Positions 45,523 to 54,242 of a stretch of 64,000 bases of DNA are shown here, in pieces. The notes beneath the pieces are model-generated. The model made no database searches, was not told the origin of the DNA, and worked only from the letters and a program-made list of their open reading frames with translations. The stretch is from the NCBI GenBank assembly GCA_963748865.1, contig CAVVLE010000050.1, positions 148,360 through 212,359 of the forward strand, written 5' to 3'. Source of the stretch: an uncultured Acidobacteriota bacterium. GTDB taxonomy: Bacteria > Acidobacteriota > Terriglobia > Acidiferrales > UBA7541. Numbering within the stretch: the stretch's first letter is position 1; every line of letters starts with the position of its first letter. A program made the translations under genes and the position numbers.

Positions 45523-47790
45523 CTATGGGTTCTGCGCCACTTTTGACGCATTGTTCTTCAAATCTTCTTTCAGCGAGCCCCATTGCGAATACTGCTCGCG
45601 TTTCTCGGGCGCAGGATCCTCGTAGCCCTGCAGCCAGAATCGAAACCAGTCGAGATTGCGCTGCATCGAGGCGATACGATGCTGAGGCTGTGAATAAATG
45701 TGGCCCTCATCGGGATAGATCACCATCTGCACCGGCTTACCGAGGCGCTTCAGTTTTGTGTAGAACTCGAGCGAACCGAGCATTTCGGAGGTGTTGGTCT
45801 CGATCAGCAGCGGTGTGGTCACGTCCTCGGCGCGTTTCACGGTCGAGAGATCATCAAAGCGCTTGTCATAATTGCCGTAGGGAGAGCCGGCCATGGTTCC
45901 TTCGATGTAATGCCTGAAAGGCCCACCGAAGAGCCAGTATTCGCCGGGATTATTTGATCCACCCGATCCCGCGGAAGCCGCTGCGAACGTGTGGCTGTGC
46001 GTGATCTCCAGATTGGTCAGCTCGCTTCCGTAGCTCCAGCCCATGATTCCGGCGCGCTTGGGATCGGCAATTCCCATTTTGTCGAGGTACTGCACAGCAG
46101 CTTCAATGCTCGCCAAAGCGTTGTAGTCGCGATCAAAAGCGAACTGCTGGAAATTTCCGTAGCTCCAGCCGTATTCCTTCGGCTGAGTCGTAAGCAGGAC
46201 CGCGAAGCCATTCGAGGCGAAAGGTTGCGCCGGATAACTTGATATCCATTCTGCCTGGGCGGTGAAAGAGCCGTGGAAACCGTAAAGAATTATGAGTAGA
46301 GGATAGCGCTTGCCCTGTTCGTAGCCGACGGGCTTGATCAGGTAGCCGAACGTGTCGATTCCGAACTTATTCGCCCAATTGATTTTGGTGACTTGCCCCA
46401 AATCGATCTGGGAGAAACCGGCGTTCAAACTGGTGAGGTTAGAGACTTTGCCATCGGGCAGGGAGATCGAAGCGAGTTCGGGCGGGCGCATTGAGCCCTC
46501 GGCGACGCACGTGCCCTTCATCCGATCCGCACTTAGCGAAAACTCCGAAAGATAGGCGTCGCTATCCGCGATTTTCTTCGCTTTACCGCCCTCGGCAGGC
46601 ACCTCATACAGCGTCGCCGCTTCTCGATTGACGTCCGAGAACAAAAGGGACTCGCCATCAGGTGTCCACCAGATTCGGCCATCCGAGCGAATTTCCACTC
46701 CGGGAGTTAGCTCGCGCGGATGATCCTCACCCAGCGGCTGAGCCAGCAGCGTGCCGCGATAACCGGCGCGCGGCGTATGCGTCTCGACCTCGCCAACGTA
46801 CGCGATGGTGCGGCCATCGGGCGACCAACTCGGTGCACTCTGATAGGAATGGCTGGACGGCAGAGGAGTCAACTTGCCGGCGGCCAGCGTGATCACTCCG
46901 ATGCCGGAATCAAACGCAACCGCAGCGTCGCTCGACGTGCTAGCCGACGTGTTGTAGGTGACAGCGATGCATTTGCCGTCCGGCGACCATTCAATGCCGC
47001 TGATGGAAAGCCCGGGTGCAAAGTGAATCGACGGCTCTTCTTCCATTAGCTGGGTCATTGTCTTATCGGCAGCGTGGAAGATCCAAATGCGGCTCGGCTT
47101 GCGAATCCAGGAATGCGTCATGAAGCGCCAGAAATTGAATGTCACCTCGTCGTCGTAGACGATGCCCTTGGACGACGCATCCGCAAGTTCCTTGTCCGTC
47201 GGCGCGGCGGCAGAGATGAACGCCAAGGCGCTTCCATCCGGAGCCCATTCGAACTCGCTGACGTCTTCGGAGTGCGTGAACAAAGCCACGGGTTCGCCGC
47301 CGCTGGCGGCAATCTGCCAGACTTTGCCGTCCGAGAGATAATCGACAGCATTATTTCCCGGCGCCCAGCGCACATTGGAAATGCTTTTCGCGCTGAGCAG
47401 TTCCTTGGGCTGGCTGACCAGATCCGTAGCGCCGCTTGCACTCTTCGCTGGCGGACCGAAAGCTGGCATCACAAAAAGTGTGTACTTGTAATCGTTCGTC
47501 GGGATCTGGGCGTCTTTAACGATGAATGCGACATTGCCGCCATCCGAGGAGATCGCTTGGCCGGCAATCTCTCGGACGGACAGCACATCCCGAACGGTCA
47601 TGGGCCGGTTGTCCGCCTTCGCGTTCGAAATCGCCGTGGGCCGAGGCGGAACGGCGAGCCAGAGCGAAGCTGCGAACATCATGCAGGCCGCACCAGCTGC
47701 GCATTCGAGGTCTATCTGGCCAAGTTGCCTCACCCGCGAGAGTCCATTCGCACTCCACCCGGACTTAAACTCCGAACGAGGGGTCGGCAT
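45523..47790 (-). CDS. exported S9-family serine peptidase homolog, paralog 4 (divergent acid-residue region)
   Basis: The ORF encodes 755 aa and has a signal peptide. The nucleophile is IMGWSYGSE and the His lies in PDEGHIY. The segment that carries the catalytic Asp in the other three paralogs reads LLIETNTSEMLGS. Confidence 0.8.
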   Translation of the reverse strand: MPTPRSEFKSGWSANGLSRVRQLGQIDLECAAGAACMMFAASLWLAVPPRPTAISNAKADNRPMTVRDVLSVREIAGQAISSDGGNVAFIVKDAQIPTNDYKYTLFVMPAFGPPAKSASGATDLVSQPKELLSAKSISNVRWAPGNNAVDYLSDGKVWQIAASGGEPVALFTHSEDVSEFEWAPDGSALAFISAAAPTDKELADASSKGIVYDDEVTFNFWRFMTHSWIRKPSRIWIFHAADKTMTQLMEEEPSIHFAPGLSISGIEWSPDGKCIAVTYNTSASTSSDAAVAFDSGIGVITLAAGKLTPLPSSHSYQSAPSWSPDGRTIAYVGEVETHTPRAGYRGTLLAQPLGEDHPRELTPGVEIRSDGRIWWTPDGESLLFSDVNREAATLYEVPAEGGKAKKIADSDAYLSEFSLSADRMKGTCVAEGSMRPPELASISLPDGKVSNLTSLNAGFSQIDLGQVTKINWANKFGIDTFGYLIKPVGYEQGKRYPLLIILYGFHGSFTAQAEWISSYPAQPFASNGFAVLLTTQPKEYGWSYGNFQQFAFDRDYNALASIEAAVQYLDKMGIADPKRAGIMGWSYGSELTNLEITHSHTFAAASAGSGGSNNPGEYWLFGGPFRHYIEGTMAGSPYGNYDKRFDDLSTVKRAEDVTTPLLIETNTSEMLGSLEFYTKLKRLGKPVQMVIYPDEGHIYSQPQHRIASMQRNLDWFRFWLQGYEDPAPEKREQYSQWGSLKEDLKNNASKVAQNP

Positions 47791-47800
47791 ATCGGCCCCA

Positions 47801-50800
47801 CTAAAACTCGAACCCGGCTCGCAGCGCGATCATCCGGACCGAAGAATCTCCTCCGAGCCCGGAGCCTAGCAACCCGGTGGATGGACCCACCGTGGTGTTT
47901 ATGTTGCCGAAGCCAGCCAAGGTAGAGGGTATACCCGGGATGCCGGCGGCCCCGTTTCCTGGGAATCCTCCTGCACCGTTCGGAAATCCGAAGTTAGGAT
48001 GATTAAACAGATTGTAGAACTGGACGTCGAATCGCAGGCCAAAGCGCTCATGGAGGGTAAAGCGTTTGGTTACGTCGAAGTCGGTCCACTTGAATCCGGG
48101 GGCGCGCAGTGTGTTGCGGCCCGCGTCGCCATTTTGGCAAGTAGTGGGTCCGGTCGCTGGGTAGCAACTGAAATCAACCGGGTTGATCACGGAAGTAAAC
48201 GCGTTCGGGTTCACCCACTGGATCGAACCGGGTTGAGTCACTCCAGAGATGGGTTCCTTTTCGTATAGCGACTGGCCCGAATCCTTATTTGCAAAAACCG
48301 TCGGGAATGCATTTACGAAACCTGAGGGGCTGGTGCTAAACACGGAGAACGGGAAACCGCCCCGGATGAAAACAGTCCCACTCACCTGCCAGCCGCCAAT
48401 CGCCTGATTCAGTGCGCTGTTGGAAGATTTGAACGGCAGGCTATAGACGTACGAGCCGTTCAGAGAGTGGCGCACATCGAAGTCACAATTCCCATACAGC
48501 TGTCTTACGTCACCGTTATACGCATCGAAATTCTCGTTCTCGTTGAAGATTTCCACGCCGCCGTTGGAGATGTAATCCAGGCAGTGGCTGTAGGTGTAGT
48601 TGACCTGGAAGGACAGGCCATGCCCAAACCGCTTGGTGAGATTGGCCTGCATCGCGTTGTACGAGCTTCCCACTCCGGTCTCGAAGGGGAAGATGTTTCC
48701 AAACCTTGCGTCCGGCGGCGCACCGAACGCGTAGTTCTTCCAGCATCCAGCGCAAACCACTTGGTATCCGTTCGGCGAATCCGAATAGAACATGTCCGAA
48801 GCGTGCGTGCCGACGTATTTAATGGAGAACAGGAAATTCGCGCCCAGTTCCTGGTCAATTCCCAGACTCCATTGGTAAAACATGGGGAATTTCTGGCGCT
48901 TGCTCTCGAAAGAAGTGAAGCTCAGCTGCGGAATGCAATTCGACCCCGCACCCGGCGAGGAGCAGGAAAGCGCGCCACTGGAGAACCCCGACTGAAATGC
49001 CGCGTTGGCTGCCACGGCGTTGTCCACCACGCTATTCGGCACGCCGGGAGCGATAGCTAATCCACCCACCGGTCCGAAGATGCCGCCCTCGAAGAAGACG
49101 TCCGATGGAGCGTTCTCATCGAGGTAGCTCGGGAGAAAGCCCATCACGGGATTGGTGAACACGCCGGCGCCGACCCGCACCACGGTCTTGGGCCTCACTT
49201 GCCATGCGATTGCCGCGCGCGGCTGCCAGACGAGCAGCGGCGTTGACGCAAACATTTTGTGCTGATTCCCGAGAATCGCCTGGTTCAGCGGAGTGTTAAC
49301 GTCGTGGTTTAGATCAGCGAACGGAGTTACCAGGCGCGCCAACACATTCTCCTGGCTCACCGGATTTGAATTCCAGGAAGCGCGCACGCCGAGGGTCACC
49401 GTTAAATTGGAGCGCACTTTGTATGTGTCCATGGCATAGAGATCGAGTCCGACCCCGCGCAAATGATCGACGCCGTAGGTCGGGAACGCCTGGAAACTCT
49501 CGCAGGCGGCCCCGTAAATGAATTCCGCCAAGGAACACTGATAGACGTACGGCGTTACCGCGTATCCCTCCGATTCAGCGGAACTGAACAGAACGCGGCG
49601 CAGATTTTCGCCGAACTTGAACGTATGCCGGCGAACGGTCCAACTCAAGTTGTCGTTAAGCTGCCACGTGGTGGTGCGGTCTCCATACGGAATATTTCCC
49701 AATACCCCGCCAATTGAAGACATCCCGAATTCTGGCAGGGACGCCACCGGCAACTGGTGCGCTTTCGCCGGATCGGCCAAATTGTGCACGCGGTCCTGGT
49801 AGGAGATGCCCGGGTTGAATTGGTTGACCAGGCTCGACCCGAACACGTGAGTCCAATCCGCGGATGCCTCCTCCTCTGGTTCGTTATCCACCGTGTTGAA
49901 TACCGGATTGACCGCGTCAACGCGGACGTTCGTTCCACGGTTCAGCTGGAAGCGGAACCAAAAACTGTCTTTGGGACTCAAAGAGTAGTCGAGCTTAAGC
50001 GTCCACAACGTCTCACTAACGGGTGGCGATGCCGAGAAAAGGCGTTGAATCGCACAGCCATCCGCATTGGCACCGATTGGGCAACCGGGAAGCGCGATCG
50101 GAGTACCGCTCGGCGTGCCAACGAGACCAAACAGAGTCGTGTATAGCGGAACTTCGCCGGGCTGGGGTGGCAAGAGAACACCCGAAGCCGGATCAACCTG
50201 ATTGCCGATGGGAAGTTGCTGGAGAACGTAAGTCTGAAACGCCGACGATGGAACGATAGCGCTCAACAGTTGCGGCAGCACAATTCGAATCGCCTCTACG
50301 TCGGTGAAGAAAAACAGCTTGTCCTTCAAAATCGGGCCGCCAAAATTTCCGCCGAATTCGTTGGTGTTGGAAAATGGCTTTTTCGTCGGAACCGGGTTGG
50401 CATTGATGAAATAATTCGTGGCATTCATCGAAGAGCCATTCCAAATTTCGTAGGCGTTGCCGTGAAACGTGTTGGTGCCCGACTTGGTGATGTAGTTGAC
50501 TTGAGATGCGCCCAGCCGCCCAAGGTCTGCCGAGTACGATTCCGTATTCACGGAAGCTTCCTGCACGGAATTCAGTCCCAGCATCAGCCCGCTGGCACCG
50601 GAGCGATTGATGCTTTGCCAGGCATCGTTCGCATCCAGGCCGTCAATCGTGAAGTCGTTGGCGATGGACGGCAGGCCATTGAACTCCACATTGCCGCCGT
50701 TATAGCCACTGGCCGAGTTGACGTTCATGATCGCGCCCGGCGCGACATTTGCGACGTAAGTCAAATCCTGACCGGGATTGGGTAGGTTTTGCAGGTCGCG

Positions 50801-51226
50801 ATCGGAGATGGTCGTCGTGGTATTCGGATTGCCTGTTTCTATTAGCTGTGCTTCCGCTTTCACATTAATTTCGGTGTTCACAGATCCGACTTGCAGACGG
50901 AAGTCGACGCGCGCGCTGTGATCGATGGCCACTGTAACGCCCTCGCGGGTTACAGTTTGAAATCCCTGCGCTCTTACCGTAAGTAGATACGTTCCCGGAG
51001 GCAATAGAGGGAGTGAATAGTATCCATCGGCGTTGCTCTTCGTCTCCCGCTGTATACCGGTGTTCCTGCTCACTGCTAAGATGCCGGCGTTCGGGACAGC
51101 CGCATTCAAAGCATCCGTAATAACGCCGCTGATCTCAGCGGTCGTTTGATTCTGTGCCAGTGCCGATGCACGTCCGCTGAACAAAACCACCAGAAGCAGC
51201 AATATACGCACCGACGAGCGCCCCAT
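47801..51226 (-). CDS. TonB-dependent outer membrane receptor with an N-terminal carboxypeptidase-regulatory-like domain
   Basis: The ORF encodes 1,141 aa. The signal peptide is ILLLLVVLFSGRASALA. The CarboxypepD_reg region reads SGVITDALNAAVPNAGILAVS...ADGYYSLPLLPPGTYLLTVRAQGF. A plug region (ISDRDLQNLPNPG) and a long beta-barrel follow, ending in the aromatic terminus ...ALRAGFEF. No FecA-type N-terminal signalling extension is visible. Confidence 0.85.
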   Translation of the reverse strand: MGRSSVRILLLLVVLFSGRASALAQNQTTAEISGVITDALNAAVPNAGILAVSRNTGIQRETKSNADGYYSLPLLPPGTYLLTVRAQGFQTVTREGVTVAIDHSARVDFRLQVGSVNTEINVKAEAQLIETGNPNTTTTISDRDLQNLPNPGQDLTYVANVAPGAIMNVNSASGYNGGNVEFNGLPSIANDFTIDGLDANDAWQSINRSGASGLMLGLNSVQEASVNTESYSADLGRLGASQVNYITKSGTNTFHGNAYEIWNGSSMNATNYFINANPVPTKKPFSNTNEFGGNFGGPILKDKLFFFTDVEAIRIVLPQLLSAIVPSSAFQTYVLQQLPIGNQVDPASGVLLPPQPGEVPLYTTLFGLVGTPSGTPIALPGCPIGANADGCAIQRLFSASPPVSETLWTLKLDYSLSPKDSFWFRFQLNRGTNVRVDAVNPVFNTVDNEPEEEASADWTHVFGSSLVNQFNPGISYQDRVHNLADPAKAHQLPVASLPEFGMSSIGGVLGNIPYGDRTTTWQLNDNLSWTVRRHTFKFGENLRRVLFSSAESEGYAVTPYVYQCSLAEFIYGAACESFQAFPTYGVDHLRGVGLDLYAMDTYKVRSNLTVTLGVRASWNSNPVSQENVLARLVTPFADLNHDVNTPLNQAILGNQHKMFASTPLLVWQPRAAIAWQVRPKTVVRVGAGVFTNPVMGFLPSYLDENAPSDVFFEGGIFGPVGGLAIAPGVPNSVVDNAVAANAAFQSGFSSGALSCSSPGAGSNCIPQLSFTSFESKRQKFPMFYQWSLGIDQELGANFLFSIKYVGTHASDMFYSDSPNGYQVVCAGCWKNYAFGAPPDARFGNIFPFETGVGSSYNAMQANLTKRFGHGLSFQVNYTYSHCLDYISNGGVEIFNENENFDAYNGDVRQLYGNCDFDVRHSLNGSYVYSLPFKSSNSALNQAIGGWQVSGTVFIRGGFPFSVFSTSPSGFVNAFPTVFANKDSGQSLYEKEPISGVTQPGSIQWVNPNAFTSVINPVDFSCYPATGPTTCQNGDAGRNTLRAPGFKWTDFDVTKRFTLHERFGLRFDVQFYNLFNHPNFGFPNGAGGFPGNGAAGIPGIPSTLAGFGNINTTVGPSTGLLGSGLGGDSSVRMIALRAGFEF

Positions 51227-51238
51227 TTTCGTATCCCC

Positions 51239-53107
51239 CTATCGTTCGGCTGGTTCGTTTCCGGTCAGAAAATTTCCGCTCACTTCCCGGCTGATGTTAG
51301 GCAGCACCTCTATGAGTTTTTGAATCGTGTCGTTCAGCTCCTGAACTTTGCAGTCCACGTTTTGGGAATTCTGCGATCCCGCAAGCAACAACGTAGTGTC
51401 GTCCTGCACCTTCTCGAGACACGCAAAAGCTGCCTTGGTGCTCGACCTCCAGTCCTCGCCCGAACAGCTAATGGCGTACACCCCGACTTCCGGAGCGTGG
51501 GGCGGCAAAACTTGTTTGAGCAGTTCGGATTCCGCCTCAATTTCCTCCCACATCGCGGCCACGTGATCGCGAACAAGAAGACTGAGCATCTGCCGCGTGG
51601 AAGGATCCAGCTGCGCGACGGCATCCGGTGAGTAGCGTTCCCTCAAGCGACGAACCGCCCAAGCATGCGCCATCGCAGACTGCGCGGCTTCGAGGGTCGA
51701 GTCGACGAACGTCTTGCGCGCATCTGCATCGGGAAATTTCGTCTTCAGCGTGAACTTCAGCAGAGGCTCGTCCGCGACGACCACCGGCGCATCCTCGATG
51801 AGATCTTTCTCGGAGTCAGCGGCATCCACGTTGGCATCGGATGTAAGGCCGTCGCCTGCAACCGCCAGACTGGCGTGGACATCTCGAATGCCACGAAGCT
51901 CAGACTCAATTTCTCTCTTTCTGATCTCAGACGGGAGCACACCCTGCACAATTACCGCATTCGCGTCGCCGCGCTGGATATTAATTTGATCTCCCAAGTC
52001 GGCTCTTACCGAGTGCAAGGCCACGCGCGCCAGCATCTCGGCCGTCTGCAGTTCGTTCTCGTTGGGTACGTGAATGGCTGCCGTCGGCGGAAGAATGGGC
52101 TTCCCCACCGGCTCAGGTTGAGCGCCCTCGTTCAGAGCAAAAATATTCGAATCGATCACGTTCATGCTGAAGACTTCGAAAAATGACTCGGTAATCCGCA
52201 CCAGGCTTGAATCCCTGAAATGGATGTCTTCCGCAACGGGGTGGAAGTCCGACCCTCGAAAAGTGAATCGAAGCTCGGCGACTGATCCGCTTGGGATTGT
52301 GGAACGAATTGAAACCAGCCCGGGATCACTGCCGTCAACGCGCTCCGCGGATTGCGGATGCAAATCTTGCCAACGTTTGAATGAATCGATCGAGAGTGGG
52401 TTCGACCAATCGAGCCCGGCCTCGTCGAACGTGTGCTTCAAGCGTTCGGACGGGAAACCAGACTGCCCGGTGTCGATATCGGTTCTGCCTTCCACCAGTC
52501 TGTTCGCAATAGGATCAGAATAAATCGCCCGATCCATCGTCGCCCAACGCGACGGCTCAACCGAAGTCTCAGTTATTTGAATTTCGAACTTTTGGTAGAT
52601 CACGGGCCGGGGAACGCTTGTCACCAATTGCCTCTGGGCATTGGTAGACTTGCGCACCAGTTCGTCCGCTGAAACGACCGCCGGAGACCGGAAGGTCCTG
52701 ATCAGCAATGCGAAAATGCATACCATCGCGATCGCGGCTGTCCACGCCGGCCTTCGTGGCACGCCTCTCAAAAAATCAAACAGTCCCGTCAGCCGGGCCC
52801 ACGGAGAAGGCCGGCGCCCTTTCTCCGCCAGTTGGTGCAAGCTCTTCAAGAATCTGGTCTGCCCTTGCTCCGAAGGTGGATACTTTTCGCGAATCAAAAG
52901 ATTGCTGTATTCAACGACTCCGTTTATCGACTCATTGATCTGTTCGAGGCGCGCCCGGCAAGTCCAGCACGCCTCCAGATGAAGCCGCACCTCGTTTGCG
53001 TCGTGCGCGTTTAGTTCCCCGTCCACTGAGAGCAAGAGCAGCTTGTCGGAAAGATGAGCGTCAATCGACTCGTCTTTTTTCCCGAACAAAGAATTTCTCT
53101 TATTCAT
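51239..53107 (-). CDS. transmembrane anti-sigma factor (zf-HC2/ZAS motif) with a large extracytoplasmic domain of unknown function
   Basis: The ORF encodes 622 aa. The N-terminal H-x3-C-x2-C motif is HLEACWTCRARLEQ. A single TM segment (AWTAAIAMVCIFALLI) lies near residue 125. The remaining ~470 aa contain no domain I recognise. The gene starts 67 nt downstream of the ECF sigma gene. Confidence 0.75.
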   Translation of the reverse strand: MNKRNSLFGKKDESIDAHLSDKLLLLSVDGELNAHDANEVRLHLEACWTCRARLEQINESINGVVEYSNLLIREKYPPSEQGQTRFLKSLHQLAEKGRRPSPWARLTGLFDFLRGVPRRPAWTAAIAMVCIFALLIRTFRSPAVVSADELVRKSTNAQRQLVTSVPRPVIYQKFEIQITETSVEPSRWATMDRAIYSDPIANRLVEGRTDIDTGQSGFPSERLKHTFDEAGLDWSNPLSIDSFKRWQDLHPQSAERVDGSDPGLVSIRSTIPSGSVAELRFTFRGSDFHPVAEDIHFRDSSLVRITESFFEVFSMNVIDSNIFALNEGAQPEPVGKPILPPTAAIHVPNENELQTAEMLARVALHSVRADLGDQINIQRGDANAVIVQGVLPSEIRKREIESELRGIRDVHASLAVAGDGLTSDANVDAADSEKDLIEDAPVVVADEPLLKFTLKTKFPDADARKTFVDSTLEAAQSAMAHAWAVRRLRERYSPDAVAQLDPSTRQMLSLLVRDHVAAMWEEIEAESELLKQVLPPHAPEVGVYAISCSGEDWRSSTKAAFACLEKVQDDTTLLLAGSQNSQNVDCKVQELNDTIQKLIEVLPNISREVSGNFLTGNEPAER

Positions 53108-53174
53108 TCGTTTTTCCGTTGTCCCCGGCGACCCTGCTGCTCTTCGGTCCGGAGCGACGCAACACGTCGCAGTG

Positions 53175-53738
53175 CTAGCAGTGCCGCTCTGGTGCTAGCT
53201 TCACCACTGCGCGCCGCAGCGATTCAGCCACCGTGGGAACCGACAAGCCCAAGATTTCCGCGATTTCTCGATACCGAAATCCTTCAATCCGTAGGTGAAC
53301 ACACTGCTGCTGCAAGCGTGACAGCCTTCCAAGAGTTTCGTGAATGTGGCTCATCTTTTCTTTGTCCAGGAGTTGCTCTTCCGGCCCTGGATGCGGATCC
53401 TCGCGCGTTTGCAACATGCTGTCCCACTGCTCCGGCGTCATGCACGTCAGGTACTTGCGCGCTCTTAGTTTGTTTACCGCCAGGTTGTGCGCGACTCGAA
53501 AAACCCAGCCACGAATGTTCTCAATTCCCCGGCGGCCGCTAAGTTGCTCGAACAAGCGCAGAAACGTCTCCTGAATCAACTCATCCGCTTCTTCGGGAGT
53601 GACGTGAATGCCCACCAGGTAGCGGTACATCGGGATCCGCAGTTGGCTAAAGCACTCAATAACTTGGTCTTCGATTTTGTGGGCAGAAGGGCAGCGCACG
53701 CCCGTCACGGCCGCGGGCATAAGACAGTCGGGGCCCAC
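53175..53738 (-). CDS. ECF-type RNA polymerase sigma-70 family factor
   Basis: The ORF encodes 187 aa. Region 2 reads EADELIQETFLRLFEQL...WVFRVAHNLAVNKLR. The region 4 HTH reads LSRLQQQCVHLRIEGFRYREIAEILGLSVPTVAESLRRAVVKL. Confidence 0.85.
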   Translation of the reverse strand: MGPDCLMPAAVTGVRCPSAHKIEDQVIECFSQLRIPMYRYLVGIHVTPEEADELIQETFLRLFEQLSGRRGIENIRGWVFRVAHNLAVNKLRARKYLTCMTPEQWDSMLQTREDPHPGPEEQLLDKEKMSHIHETLGRLSRLQQQCVHLRIEGFRYREIAEILGLSVPTVAESLRRAVVKLAPERHC

Positions 53739-54242
53739 AGCAGCTTGGGTCGCCAGGTTAAGGCCTATCGGTCCCGTTTTACTGATGACACGCCCCTACG
53801 AGCCCTCCGCATTTACTTGCGATCGCCTGGCAAATCTATGCGGTGCTCGTATGCTACAAACTGACAATCGGTGGCTGTGTTTTTACGACAGCACGCTCGA
53901 AAAATAAATGAATTTCTCAAAAAATTCTCTCTCTGTGTATATTCGCCGGACCTACGCGCAGCTTTTGTCATAAAAAAGTTGTCGCGATTGTCTTCATCCG
54001 TGAATGCCTGCTTCGAGATTCAGCAGCAGGGGTGTATGGCAGCGAGGAGCTCCGGCCTCTAGGAAAATCTCACGAGCTGGGCAGCGAATTGCACCGGCAG
54101 CAACGCGCGGCCGTTCGGAAATCGCCTGCTCACTTTTGTAGTGCGTTCGATCTGCGAGACTTACTTGCTATCGTCGGAGTCAATTGTTGCAGCAACCGCG
54201 ACTATCGCAATCCGCGGTTCGGCAGCGCCAGGAGGTCCCAAA

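Noticed and set aside
53739-54242. I searched the divergent spacer for an ECF-type promoter (GGAAC-N16/17-CGT-like) upstream of the sigma gene. I also searched for a sigma-70 promoter for the subtilase gene.
   Set aside because: By eye I found only loose matches, for example GTAAAAC...AACC. Nothing had correct spacing that I could defend without a position-weight-matrix scan or transcription-start-site data.
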